64,000 nt of DNA from Eledone cirrhosa (taxonomy: Eukaryota): contig OZ024752.1 of NCBI GenBank assembly GCA_964016885.1, forward strand, positions 22,940,001 to 23,004,000. The letters run 5' to 3'. A program made the translations under genes and the position numbers. This document shows, one piece after another, positions 1 to 13,171 of the stretch. The notes below the pieces were generated by a model. That model searched no databases. It saw only the letters and a program-made list of their open reading frames with translations, and had not been told where the DNA came from. Each line of letters starts with the position of its first letter. Position 1 is the stretch's first letter.

Positions 1-141
1 ATCATTAATGATAAATCATTAAATGTTGCAATCTCTAGAGCTATGAAATTAACTGATGTTTTTATTAGGGTGGTTAATACCAAGAAGTGAGGAAACAGAA
101 GTATTAAATTAATTGTTTAAATTTCTGATGATAATAATAAT

Positions 142-2770
142 ATCACATTATGGATGCCTATAACAAAGCTACCCACAAAACAAAACAATAATAAATATAC
201 TAAGAAAACAATGTGGAAACATAATGGACAAGAACCAACAAGGCCTACAAAAAATAAATTTTATACACAGATGTCCTTACAACATAATATTCTTTATTGA
301 AATTGCGACCACATGAGTAAAATGCAACAAGTTAAAAATCAGCCGCAACACTACACAGAGTTTGAAATACTGGCAAAGTCACAAAGAATCCGGAGATATG
401 AAAAGCGGCAAAAGTTTTTTCAACTAAATCAGTTGTTTCACTCCAACCCAAAACGACTCTACCAAGAACTTAATAGAAACAAAATAGAAGTCAATGTAGT
501 CCCAAAAGTAAAAGAATTGGAAGAGTTCTGGAGAAGAATATGGGCAGAAGGAGAAAATAAATTACCATGCACAAAGCTAGAAAGAACAGCAAACATAGCA
601 GACAAACAACTATGGGAGGATATTACAGCAGATAATGTGTCTATCACACTGAGAGGGGAAAGCAACTGGAAGGCACCAGGATATGACAAGATCCCCAACT
701 TCTGGTTAAAATATTTAACAGGGACACATGAAATGGTGGCAAAGGAATTTAACAAAATTCTGATAGAACCAGAAAAAAACACCTGACTAAGGGGAAAATG
801 ACCCTGATACCAAAAAATAATGACACAGCAAACCCCCCAAAATACATGCTTGCTTACTACATACAAAACCTTAACTTCAATACTATCACAGAAAATAACC
901 AAACACCTGGAAAAAAACAACCTGCTCCCAGAAGAACAGAAAGAATGCTGCAGAGGTTCATATGGATACAAAGACCAGTTGTTAATAAATAAAGCCATAA
1001 CTGAAAACTGCCAAAAAAACAAAACAAAAAAACCTCAACATGGCTTGGATTGATTACCAAACAGTGTTCCCCATACACAACACACTAGCCATGAATAACA
1101 TTTATCAAACATGCCATGAGTAACAAACAATTCTGCTGATACAAACAAAAGATAAAGCAATAAAAACAACCTATACCAATCAACAGAGGCATATTCCAAG
1201 GAGACTCCCTATCACCACTGCTTTTCTGTCTAACATTAACACCACTATCTGCAACACTAAACAGAATTGTGCACAGGTATAAATGCTACAATAGAAAAAT
1301 TAACCATCTCCTACATATGTATGATCTAAAGCTGTATGCTACAAATGAAAAGCAACTCTAAACACTGCTCCAAACTACACAAATTCACAAAAGAAATAGG
1401 TATGAAATTTGGATTAGAAAGAATGTGCTAAGACAGCTCTGAAGAGAGGGAAACTAGTGAAAAGCAGTAATATCATGTTAGATAAAGAAACAGAAATAAG
1501 ATAACTAGATCAAACTCAAACATACAAATACTTAGAAATCAATTAACTAGATAAGATTCAATACACACAGACGAAAGAAAAGATTAGAAAAGAATACTAC
1601 AGAAGAATTAGGTTAATACTCAAAACTGAACTAAATGCAAAGAACAGGGTGATTGGCATCAACACTTTAGCAGTCCCAGTAATGAGCTACAGCTTTAACA
1701 TTTTGAACTGGACACTAAAAGAGCTAGCTGAAATAGATAGAAAAACAAGAAAAATAATGACTGCATTCAGAATGCACCAATCCAAAATCAGACATAGAAA
1801 GATTATACCTACCAAGAACACAAGGAAGAAGGAGCCTTATGCAACTAGAAAACTCTTATAAAATAACTACTGTAGGACTACAAAAATACCTAATAAAAAA
1901 CAAAGGAAAGCTAATACAAATAGCCATGAAACATGAACAAAACAAAACAACTGTTCCCGGTCTTCAAGGAAGCCAAAAAATTAAAATCAGAAAATGGACT
2001 AACAGATAATTGTGAGGAAAATGAAAGCAAAGAAAAATCAATAATAGAAATTGTGAAAGACATAAAAATGCCATGTTAAAATGATAGCAAGAGAAATCCT
2101 TACATGGCCCCAAAAAACAAGGAAGTAGACAAAGAAAACACACAAACCTGGCTCCGAAGCACTGGACTAGAAGTTGAGATGAAAGGATTTCTAATTGCAG
2201 CACAGGACCAGAGTCTAGCTACCAGAAGTACATAATGAAATAAAGCACAATAAGTAACTGTAGAATATGTGGAGATGGTGAAGAAACAATCAACCACATA
2301 GTTGTCCAGCACTAGCCAAAAAAGAATATATAAACAGGCATGATAGAGTTGGGACCTTCATACACTGGAAATTATGCCAGAATTATGAAATACCAACAGA
2401 AAAAAGATGGTACAAACGTGTCAGACAAAGCAACCGTTCTCTGGGATATGCCAATACATACAGACTGAGAGATCAAGGCCAACCAACCAGATATCATAAT
2501 CAAAGACCACAAAGAAAAAAATGCCTTCTAATAGATGTATCTATCCCCATAGACAACAATATGTAGCCCAAACCCCAGGACTTACAAATATATACAGCAT
2601 ACAAAAGATAGCACTACTAGGCACTGCACACATATTACGAAAAGTACTAATAGAAACAACATCAGCAAAAACAACACTGCTCGTACCCAAGGTGCATAGA
2701 GTTGTGCTTGGTAAAGCAGTAATGATGCGCAATAAAAATAATAATGGAAATAATAATAATAATAATAATA
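142..2770 (+). mobile_element. Degenerate Dong/R4-type non-LTR retrotransposon (RT + restriction-like endonuclease), copy 1
   Basis: Frameshifted ORF pieces: NWKAPGYDKIPNFWLK (313-786), EEQKECCRGSYGYKDQLLIN (820-1053), RGIFQGDSLSPLLFCL (~1185), HLLHMYDLKLYA (mutated YMDD, ~1305), IDRKTRKIMT, C-terminal CRIC..ETINHI..RHD..LWD..PD. Preceded by (TAA)n at 130-141 and ends in (TAA)n at 2731-2770. Confidence 0.9.
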
Positions 2771-4100
2771 AAGGGATACAAATATTTGGGTGTTCTGTAG
2801 GCAGATGACATCAAGAACAATAAAATGAAGGAATTGATGAGATCTGAATATATAAGGAGAGTAAGGAATATTCTAAAATCACATCTAGATGGTAGGAATG
2901 TCATAAGTGCAGTATATTCCCTAGCCGTGTCTATTATTAGGTACAGTGCAGGAATTCTGAAATGGAATTTTACTAAACAAAAATAAAAAAAAAATGGATA
3001 GAAAAACTAGGAAGCTAATGACTACCTACAGAATGTTCCACAAGAGGAGTCATGTTGATGGACTCTACTTAAAGAGATTTGAAGGTGGAAGAGGTCTTAT
3101 TAGCATAGAGGACTGTGTTCAGATGGAGAAAAGCAGTTTGCACAAATATGTGCTTGAGAGTAGGGAGCCAATGCTCAAAGTTGTACTGAAGGAGAAGACA
3201 CTAAACCAGGGGATGTCCAAGGAGGAAATAACAACAAAGAGGAAGAGCAACCTTCATGAAAAATCCCTTCATAAGAAAATGGAATTCAGAGATCCACAGA
3301 CATGGAGCTGGTTAAAAAGAGGAGACCTTAAAAAAAGCTACAGAAGAAATGCTAATGGCTGCACAAGAGCAAGCCCTCAGAACGAAGTGGGGGAAACACC
3401 ATATTGACAAGGAGGGGGCTAGCTCACTGTAGGATCTGTGAAGAGAGAGAGGAGACTGTGGCTCACATTGTATCTGAGTGAAAACACCTAGCCCAGACTT
3501 ACTATAAAGGCTGGAGACACGGTATGCTCGGAAAGGTCATTCACTGGCATTTATGCAAACTAAACAATTTACCACATTCTGAGAAGTAGTATGAGCATAA
3601 ACCAGCGTCGGTGATAGAAAACTATCAAGTGAAGGTGCTATGGGATTTCAGGATACAGACGAACAAGAAATTAGAACACAATAGACCTGACCTGGTGGTT
3701 TTTGACAAGGAAAAAAGATCGTGCCTGATTGTAGATGTAGCCTGCCCATTGACATGAGAGTGCAAGTAAAGGAGAGGGAGAAAATTAACCGATTCCAGGA
3801 TTTAAAGTGGGAGTTAAAAAGGATTTGGGACTGCCATGAGATCAAGGTCGCCCCAATTGTCATAGGAGCACTAGGTACTATCTCAAAGAATTTTTAAGGA
3901 AGGTTAAAGAACATTAGTCCATCCCCCTTTTTTGGAACACTTCAAAAGGCATACTTGCTGGGAACAGCAAGAACCCATCCTGAATATCTGAGGCTGCAGG
4001 TAGTGGTTTGATGTTCATTTGAACAAACTTTCCAGTTAATAACTGAGATTCTAATAATTGAGACTCCAAGAATAATAATAATAATGATGATAATAATAAT
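2771..4100 (+). mobile_element. 5'-truncated Dong/R4-type non-LTR retrotransposon, copy 2 (different subfamily)
   Basis: Begins GYKYLGVL directly after the TAA tail of copy 1. Contains MDRKTRKLMT..GGRGLISIEDC (2994-3407), CRICEEREETVAHIVSE, VLWDFRIQT..NRPDLV, LQKAYLLGTAR. (TAA)n tail at 4071-4100. Confidence 0.88.
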
Positions 4101-4358
4101 AAATGGTATAATGATTCTCGTGATACAATAATGTTTTAATTATACTGATAAAACAGTGTAATGATTGTAATATAATTATTAGGCATTGAAGCAATATAAA
4201 ATAATTCCATTTTCATTCTAATCTATTCAGCAATAGGTGAGAAATTACTTCAATAAAACTATGTGTGATTATATAAATATATGTTAGAGTAATTATTGTG
4301 TTTTAGTTGTCAACAAGCATGGTATCTCTATGGGCCTAGTTAGTTATTATTTATTATT

Positions 4359-5033
4359 AGGTGGATAAAATAAAGTACCAGTAATGTACTGGGTAATTGC
4401 TGGCCTTGTGCCAAAAGTAGAAACATTTATTATTAGGTGGATTGGCAGTGATGGTAGCGGGCCGGACACCATGCTTTGCAGCATAGAGTTACGGTCCCTT
4501 ATGATCTGAGTTCAAATCCCGCCGAGGTTAACTTTGCCTTTCATCCTTACGGGGTTGATAAAATAAAGTACCAGTCATGCACTGGGGTCGATTTAATCGA
4601 CTTTCCCCTCTGCCAAAATTGCTGGCCTTGTGCCTATATAAAAAAAAATTATTATTAGGTGGATTGGCAGTATCGGTAGAGGGTCGGACGCCATGCTTTA
4701 TAGCATAGTTATGTCCCTTTACGGTCTGGGTCCAAATCTCGTCAAGGTTAACTTTGCCTTTCATCCTTACGGGGTCGATAAAATAAAGTACCAGTAATGA
4801 ACTGGGTAATTGCTGGCCTTGTGCCAAATGTAGAAGCAATTATTATTAGTTGACCAGAGTGGTGGATTGGCAGTATTGGTAGAGGGGCGGACACCATACA
4901 TTGCAGCATAGAGTTAAGGCCCTTTATAATCTGAGTTCAAACCCAGCCGAGGTTACGGGGTTGATAAAATAAAGTACCAGTAATACACTGGGTAATTGCT
5001 GGCCTTGTGCCAAAAGTAGAAACAATTATTATT
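4359..5033 (+). mobile_element. Tandem array of tRNA-derived SINE family A (about 190 bp units, (ATT)n tail)
   Basis: Units at ~4359 (partial), 4437, 4658 and 4861. A-box-like TGGCAGTATTGG, B-box-like GAGTTCAAATCCC, shared body GGGGTCGATAAAATAAAGTACCAGT, end AGAAACAATTATTATT. Confidence 0.85.
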
Positions 5034-5612
5034 AGTTGACCATAGAAAAAACATTTAGTTGTAAAATCACTAGCAATTAACCATGAAGCATATGTATCTC
5101 CTCGTATGATTGCGTGTATATGTATAAACACGCACACACATACAAACACGTGTGTGTGTACGCATGTATATATCTGTATTTAAGCATGTATAGAGGCATG
5201 TATATAGGTATGTATGTAGGTGCGTATGTATGTATTTTTCCGAGTGCTGTGTTTATGCTGTGTTAGTATGCGCGGCTTCAATTATTTGCATTCCTTGATG
5301 TTGTTGCCGTAGGTTTACTTCTATAAAATATACTTCTCAATTTGTTGAATCTACATAAAATGCTTGACTCAAATAAAACACATATGAAAACAATCCAAAT
5401 TTTATTTATTAAAAGGAACAAAAAAGCTCACAGGCAAATAGTAAAGTCAACTAGCATATTCTTCAGTGTTTATTCTATGGATATGGATATATATATATAT
5501 GTATATATGTATGTATGTATGCATAGATGCATGTATGTATCAGAGTGTTGTAGTTTGCTTGAAGCATTGTTGAATAGGAAATATAAATTTAGATAATTTT
5601 AAAAGCCATACA

Positions 5613-5950
5613 ATCATCATTTCATTTCATTTTACATCTGCTTTTTCCCTGCTTGCATGGGTGGGATGGGAACTGATACTGGCTTTATTTCTACAGCTAG
5701 ATGCCCTTCCTAACACCAACCTCATTTACAGTGCTGGGTGCTTTTTTACTGTGGCACCTCCATGACCACTTTGCAGTGGAATGATATGGAGCCCAGTCCC
5801 TATCATCTCATTTCTACAGCTGAGTAAACTGGAGCAATGTGAAATAAAGTGTCTTGTTCAAGGAAACAACACATCACCCGGTCTGAGAATTGAACTCACA
5901 ACCTTTCGATTGCAAGGCCAATGCTCTAACCTCTAAGCCATGTGCCTCCA
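5613..5950 (-). mobile_element. tRNA-derived SINE family B (CORE-like box, (GAT)n tail)
   Basis: Reverse complement of 45367-45802. A-box TGGCTTAGAGGTTAGAGC, B-box GAGTTCAATTCT, CCTTGAACAAGACACTT central box. Confidence 0.85.
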
Positions 5951-6242
5951 TGCATTAGAAAATTAAAAGTGCCAAGATTACAATAGAATCTTACTTTAGC
6001 AAATTTAATAATCTCAAATCCAAAGATTTAAGTGTTAAATCTACCTTCCTAACAACTCATCTCTGATCGATCCTTTAAGACCTTCACAGAGATAGTCCCT
6101 TGATAATGAGTTTTTAAACCCGAAAATATTTGGGATTATTAAATTTGCTAAGGTAATATTTTATCGTTATCTTGGCACCTTTAATTTTCTAATGCATTGT
6201 ATGGCTTTTAAAGTTATTTAAATTTATATATATATATATATA

Positions 6243-7123
6243 CAGGGTGCAGACAATATTTATTCACAAGATTACTGTCTAGGAAAAAATAACACAGTAG
6301 TTTTATTTTTTAAGATATATTTATCAAACTTGGGTCAGTTTGTCTTCATGACTTGTTCTTTCGATCTCACTCGATAAACCCGCCATTGGCTTTGATGACA
6401 GCCTCGGAACCAGCTACAGGCCTTCGTCACTGTCACCCGACTTAGGCCCCTAAAGGCACTTGTGATCCTGGCCTTCAGATCGTCTTTCGTATTGCAGCTA
6501 GATCTGTTGGTGTCTCGTTCTACTGCGCCCCACACAAAGAAGTCAAGGGGGTTGCAGTTAGGCGAGCTGGGAGGCCAGATGTCAGGTGAAGTGTGGTCGA
6601 CGAAGTTCTCTGACAGCCAGGCTTGGGTCTTTCGGCTGGTATGGCAGGGCGCTGAGTCTTGCTGCCACACGTACGGCCTACCTGCAGCTACCTGGTCGAT
6701 CCAGGGCTTTACTACCTCGCTCAGAATGCGGATGTAGCCATCGGTGTTCAGCTTGAGGCCTTCAGGGAAGAAGTGAGGTGGCATGACGTCACCTTGACTG
6801 CTGACGACACCTCAGACCAATGTTGTCGCTGGAAACTTTGTCTGCATGACTCTGGGCACGTCTTTGGATGAGACAGTGAGCCACCTGTTGTTCTGGGAGT
6901 TTATCTTCTGGTCTTATTTGTCCTCCCGGCGCGGATTCCAAGAAGAACTCCGTGTTTCTTCCACAAATTTAGAGTTTCAAAATTATTCATAATCAATTAT
7001 TCTGAAAATAAATAATGGAAATATAGTCACTGTTTTTATGAAGACAAGAGTAACAACAGAAGTAAAAAAAATTTGCATAAAATTAGCAGTTGAAAATTGC
7101 GAACAAATATCATCCGCACCTTG
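6243..7123 (-). mobile_element. Internally deleted Tc1/mariner DD37D (maT-type) transposon
   Basis: Imperfect TIRs CAGGGTGCAGACAATATTTATTCACAA / TTGCGAACAAATATCATCCGCACCTTG, flanked by TA. ORF 6335-6784 has WQQDSAPCH...WPPSSPNCNPLD with 37 residues between the last two D. Confidence 0.9.
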
Positions 7124-7168
7124 TATATATTCAATTATTTATTTATTTATCTTTCTTTTTACTTGAAG

Positions 7169-7403
7169 ATTCCGAAAACCGACAAAGAATGAACTCCTTA
7201 CACCAGAATACTTTCGCAGACACTGTGAAAAAGAAGTGGAAAATATCTCTGTACACCGTGGTATTGACGAGTATCCTCCTAGCCCGAAAGGCAGTCGACA
7301 GGGTAGCATCTTATCACGGCTGAGTGGCAAAACAAAGAAACCAGCGATGGCTGAATCTAATAATCTGCTCCAGATGGATCCCACAATTGAAATCGAAGCT
7401 TAG
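7169..7403 (+). CDS. Candidate terminal coding exon of an unidentified host gene
   Basis: Pyrimidine tract + AG (CTTTCTTTTTACTTGAAG), then 77 open codons FRKPTKNELLTPEYFRRHCEKEVENISVHRGIDEYPPSPKGSRQGSILSRLSGKTKKPAMAESNNLLQMDPTIEIEA*. Non-repetitive, higher GC than flanks; AATAAA at 7708. Confidence 0.4.
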
Positions 7404-7419
7404 TCTCATCGTTGTCAAT

Positions 7420-7600
7420 ATCATCATCATCATCACCTTATACATTTTTCCATGCCGTAAGGGTTGGACATTGGCTTTTTTTTTTTTTTGTTTCATCAGA
7501 GTATCTTTGCCAAATGTCGTCTTTTGCAGTATTCATTGTGAGGCTAATCTCCTTGAGATCAGCTTTCACTATGTAGAAAGGGGTTTGGATCTCCATACCC
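7420..7600 (-). mobile_element. 3' fragment of RTE-like LINE with (GAT)n tail
   Basis: VKADLKEISLTMNTAKDDIW resembles the RTE C-terminus; followed by CCAACCCTTACGGCATGGAAAA..GATGATGAT. Confidence 0.5.
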
Positions 7601-8479
7601 TTGTTCACTGCTACTATCACCACATGTATAAACTCCCAACAATGCACATATACATAATATAACTCCCTCACTTGCCAAATACACAGACTATAAATAGAAG
7701 TTGGTTCAATAAAAGCTTTTGGCAAACATAACCCAGGTCAATATACCTGCTATGTGATCAGATTATGTGATACTATTAGTCAAAATTAATATGTATACAA
7801 CTTTCTTTTAGAGCTTAATTTCATTATCTAAAGAAAAGAAAATTAGAAAAACAGAATATTTAGAAAGACGGGTTACTTAACATCTTCTCATTAAGCATCC
7901 AAACATCAACTGATTTCTTGTTGACATCTATTTTACATCTGTTACCTCTGTGTAAGTCTGTGTGTATGTATTACTATTAAGATGTATGGTGTGTGTGTGT
8001 TTGTCACTTGTTTAGATCTGTTACATGTGTGTGTGTATTGATGCTAAGATGTATAGTGTATGTGTCACTTGATATTTGTGTTACAACTGTTACATATCTA
8101 TGCTTATGTGTGTTTTAGATGACTATATCATATAATGCCAAGATGACTATATCATATAATGGGTCCTTTTATTAAAATATTATGGTGCTATTTGAGGGAG
8201 ATTTGTCTGCTATTTTTAGCAGCTCAAGCAATCATGTTGCTTCCTCATTCGTTGGCTATTTTTGGTAACTGTACATATGTTAGAGCCAGTAAGATTTCCT
8301 TCCGTAAGATTTATTTTCGTCATTCTTTAAATATATTTTTGCTGCAGAACTCTGTCTTATCCACAGACACGTGTATGCTATGGAATGAAGGTTCTTGAGA
8401 ATACTTCCTGTTCCTACCTCTACTAAAACAGACACTGTCATCTTATTTATTAGTTGTAGGGTTCATCTGTTATTAGATC

Positions 8480-8760
8480 TACAGTTCATCTGTAGGGCTT
8501 ATCCAGCAGCTGACCATTGAAGACCAAATCCAGCAATGCAGGCTAATAGTGGTTTGGCCACGTCTACAGGATGAACACCAGAAGACTACCACATAAACTT
8601 TTGTCATGACAGTGATCCATGCATTGGAGAATCCAGTGCAGTGCACTGAAGAAAACATGGGCAAAACAAATTGAGGAGGACCTAAAATCGCAGCACCTCG
8701 ACAAGGTCAGCACCATGGATAGAAAAGTGTGGAAGAACATCATCATCAGCGTCCATCATC
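8480..8760 (+). mobile_element. 3' fragment of RTE-like LINE
   Basis: IEDQIQQCRL/WFGHVYRM and KKTWAKQIEEDLK..MDRKVWK motifs; (CAT)n tail. Confidence 0.55.
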
Positions 8761-9102
8761 CAGTGACACCCACTACAGCCTCCCCCAATCACCAGCTAGG
8801 GTTGAAAGAAGAAGGACTCATCTATTGCCAAATATAAGGTTCATTTGTTTTCAAGTTGCTGTTATTTAGCTCTTGTTTAAACAGATCTATGATGGAAAAC
8901 ATTCCATCTATGGTCTGTCTCTTTTTTTCACCAGACAATATTTTATTAATTTATATATTTATTTACTTGAGTTGCTACAGTGATTTGAAGGAGATTTGGC
9001 TGCTATTTCTAACAGGCCAAGCTCTATCTGTCTGGTATTGGTATGGCTTATCCAGAATTATTCCCAAAATCTCCCATTATCTTCTGCATTATTTAGGCAG
9101 TA

Positions 9103-9292
9103 TTAGTATAGGGTTGGACGCTATGCTTTGCACGCTATGCTTTGCAGCATAGAGTTACGGCCCTTTACGGTCTGAGTTCAAATCCCGCCGGGGGTTAACT
9201 TTGCCTTTTATCCTTATGGGGTTGATAAAATAAAGTACCAGTAATGCACTGGGATAATTGCTGGCCTTGTACCAATAGTAGAAACAATTATT
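9103..9292 (+). mobile_element. SINE family A copy
   Basis: Matches the units at 4437-5033. Confidence 0.8.
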
Positions 9293-9899
9293 TTCTGCAT
9301 GACTATCTTTTATCTCTCCAATCAGGTCCATAGATTTGATTGCAAGGAAGGAAAACATGTTAGAAAGCCTTTCATGTAGACTGACAGGGATAATTAATAT
9401 AACATTTACCACTATATATGTGGTGGGTCATCTTAACCATGGGAAAGCAAGCAGTATTTACATTTCACTGTCCCCATCATCATTGTAATTAGGTCAATAT
9501 TTCACATAGGATTGAATCTGTTATATTCCATAGATGTCTGGCTATGAGAGAGGGTGTTTCAACATGGTAGGCCCTGTATGTAGTTTCACACACAATGCAT
9601 CAGCTTTACACTGAATTTTAAAAAGATGTTTTTCAATTTTCCACCAGGATATATGAAATAAAATAACAATAACACACTGGGGACAGTTTAGTCAATTATA
9701 TCTCTTCCCTTATGTTTAAAACAAGAATCAGTACACATCATCATCTTCGTTTAATATTTGTTTTCCATGCTAGCATGGATGAGACAGGTTGTCCTGTTTG
9801 AGGCAAGTTGGGTCAGGTGACCATGTCTTGCTCATACAGGACTGTTTCTGGCTAGGTTTCTATGACTGGATGCCCTTCCTAATGCCAATTTATCATTAT

Positions 9900-10729
9900 T
9901 AGGTTGGTGGAATAGCTAGATCATTGAATAAAATTATTTGTGGTATTTATTTAGTTTCTGAGTTCCGATCCCACCAAGGAGAGCTTCAATAAAATAGACT
10001 AGCAGTCAAGTAGCAGGGGTTAATATAATCAACTTTCCCCTCTCCCTAAACTGCTGGCCTTGGTGGATTGGCAGTATTGGTAGAGGGTCGGACGCCATGC
10101 TTTGCAGCATAGAGTTACGGCCCTTGCCATTCTGAGTTCAAATCCCACCGAGGTTAACTTTGCCTTTCATCCTTACGGGGTCGATAAAATAAAGTACCAG
10201 TAATGCACTGGGTAATTGCTGGCCTTGTGCCAAAAGTAGAAACAATTATAATTCTTAAGAGGGTGGTGGATTGGCAGTATTGGTACAGTGTTGGATATCA
10301 TGCTTTGCAGCATACAGTTATGGCCCTTTATGTTCTGAGTTCAAATCCTGTCGAGGTTAACTTTGCCTTTCATCCTTACGAGGTCAATAAAATAAAGTAC
10401 CAGTAATACACTGAATAATTGCTGGCCTTGTGCCAAAAGTAGAAACAATTATTATTAAGGTGGTGGATGTTTAGTTGTGTTGCTGTACTGAGTTCAAATA
10501 TTATTATTATTTTTATTATTATTATTATTAAGCAGATTTGTTAGAGCGCTGGCTTGTAATACTTATCTGTTTACGCTCTGAGTTCAAATCTTACTGATTT
10601 TGACTTTTATCCTTTTGGGATCAATCAAAAAAATATCAGTGAATTACTGGTATTCAACATAATCAATTATACCTTTACTCCAACAGTTCTGGCCTTGTGT
10701 CTATACTAGAAAATATTGTAATTATTATT
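9900..10729 (+). mobile_element. Second cluster of SINE family A copies (clear at 10062-10250 and 10265-10457; degenerate at 9900 and 10575)
   Basis: Same A/B boxes and body, separated by ATT repeats. Confidence 0.8.
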
Positions 10730-10973
10730 GAGCAGCAAATTAAAAAATATTTGTTATTTAAAAAAAAAAAAATGTATAAATATGAAATGTATAAATATAT
10801 AATTTCCTAATAAATTCTTCTTTTCTTTTTAGTATGGATTTTTAGATTTTATGTTATTTTTATGAACATCATTATCGTCATCATTTAATATCGTTACTTC
10901 CAGTCACTTCTATTCGCCAATACACTTCTCCGTGTTCACTTCTTCTTTGAATCTTTGCTACATTTCATCTGCC

Positions 10974-11039
<66 letters not shown>

Positions 11040-11040
<1 letters not shown>

Positions 11041-12018
11041 TAGCAGCAGGACCCGGCGTTGCATGGGGTAGGAAACGTGAAATAGCAACACGAATATGCA
11101 AAGATTGAGGTATGTAGCTGTGTACGTTTTGAATTCATTTATTCTCAGGGAATGATTGAGGAGCGAAGTAGTCAATTGAGTGAAAACCAAGTAGGAATGT
11201 ACGTTTAAGTAGGGATATTGAGATGATGAAATCACCATGGCAACGCAGCTGCAGCAGAAGGAGATCATAGTGCAATTAGCACAAACGCTGGGTGGCACTG
11301 GTTGCACTGCGTTTACACGGCAACAAATGTGCGACAAAAGGGGTCACCGCGGAATTAACACAGTTGCTGTTCGGCGTACTTGCGCAGGGTGTTCATACTG
11401 CGGTGTAGGTGCAACAAAAAGGGTCTTAGTATAAGTAACACAGGCGTGATTTTTACGGTCTCAATAACATGGCAACGTACACAGGGCCCGGATTTGCGCG
11501 TGATGAAAGCACGAAGCGTCAATAGAGCGGCGACAAAAATTTTAAGGTCCTCCCCGTTTCCTCAATCCGCTGAAAATGGTCTTGCTTAAAAGTAAGTAAA
11601 TGTTGTGTCCTCTGTTAAATAAACCACATTTTTAACGAAATAGTATACGCTACTTACGATGTTTAAGTAGCGTTTATATTGCAAATGAAAATGGCATGTA
11701 ATGCCCAATGCTAATTCGTAAATTCCCTAGAAACCATTAATGGAATCGGAATTTGTTTTGTCCACAGCAATGCGAGGGGACTAACTAATGTGTGTTGCGA
11801 ATTTCGAGGAAATCGGCTGGATTATCTTTAAGTTATGCCTCTAAAAATGCCTAAAAAATGCGTTTTTTTGCCTAATGCAGAAAGTGTTAAATTTGTTTTA
11901 ACCCATTGAACTTCAAGAAATAGAAGTAACGCATGTGTAAAGTTGGCAAAAAATCGGTCCGGTACTTCTCGAGTTTTAGGGATTTACACAGACATCCATC
12001 CTCTGTTTTATATATAGA
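11040..12018 (-). mobile_element. Non-autonomous Helitron (family A)
   Basis: Minus strand starts TCTATATATAAAACAGAGGATG and ends CCCATGCAACGCCGGG..CTAG|T. Both termini are shared with 42862-43644. Confidence 0.75.
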
Positions 12019-12028
12019 GAGATATGTA

Positions 12029-12063
<35 letters not shown>

Positions 12064-12089
12064 GTATATCTATGTGTATATATATGTAT

Positions 12090-12295
12090 TGTGACAACTG
12101 GGGGCCCTTCACTCCCAGGTAAAAAAAAACAAACTATTATATAAAAAAGTACTATTTGGATCGCCGTTGACTGCTGAGTTCCTCCGCCCTTTTCCGGGTC
12201 TCGCAGGGTGTCCAAATATCACCCTCCTCACCAAGCAAGCTTGGTGGGGTTGCCGGTTTAGTCGCCGACGACCCGACCATGAGACAGGTAGTACA
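12090..12295. mobile_element. Possible short solo LTR
   Basis: GC-rich island bounded by TGT...ACA inside a TA/TG microsatellite; no clear TSD. Confidence 0.3.
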
Positions 12296-12489
12296 TATGT
12301 ATATACATACATATACATATGTATATACATACATATATACATATACGTATATATACATATACATATGTATACACATATATATATACATATACGTATATAT
12401 ACATATATATATATATATATACATATATATACATATGTGTATATATGTATATGAATATATGTATGTATATCTATATGTATATATATGTA

Positions 12490-13134
12490 CTAACTGGCCC
12501 GGCTAGGTATACCTGTATTTTATCTTTTCAGGATTCCCCCCTCCACTCCAGTGCAAAGATACCGCACACGCTCTCAACTCAGCGAGGGTGGGGTGGGGGT
12601 TTAACGTGCTCTGATGTTGGGTTTGAATAGTTTTTAGGATTCCCAGTTAGCAACCCGTACGTTAAAGAAAATTCATAGTTACAACAATAATGGCTGAACA
12701 GAGAACAAATATTTTAACAAACTTTACAATAATTTGTACAACCATAATGGAAATTCCAAGTAACAGAAAATACATAAATTACATTGTTAGAGCCTCAGAG
12801 TATACAATATTTTTTGTTCGGCACTCGGGAGCAAAGATGAGGAGATTGTTTGGCGAGCTCACCCTAGAGCATCCTACATACAATTGACCATGGGAGAAGG
12901 ATGGTTTTCCCAGATGAAGGCCAGCCACTTTTAGGCTTTGACCCTGAGCTTTATTGATGGTAATCGCGAAGCTTAGTCTCTCTGTTGCTCTAGGAACACT
13001 TTTATTCTGGAAAATCTGATCTTGGGACTTTTGGGGAGGCATTCGGCAGTAACAATGACGATAAGCCGTCTGTGCTTTCGTGAAATGTTTATATTTTGTT
13101 TTTGTTTATGCCAAAATATCTGTACTCGAATATA

Positions 13135-13171
<37 letters not shown>

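Noticed and set aside
4359-5033. Regularly spaced repeats resembling a CRISPR array
   Set aside because: Units are ~190-bp SINEs with Pol III boxes and no unique spacers; eukaryotic context, no cas genes.
7262-7305. TTGACGA..CGAAA..GTC ribozyme-like string
   Set aside because: Stems do not pair; better explained as coding sequence of the candidate exon.
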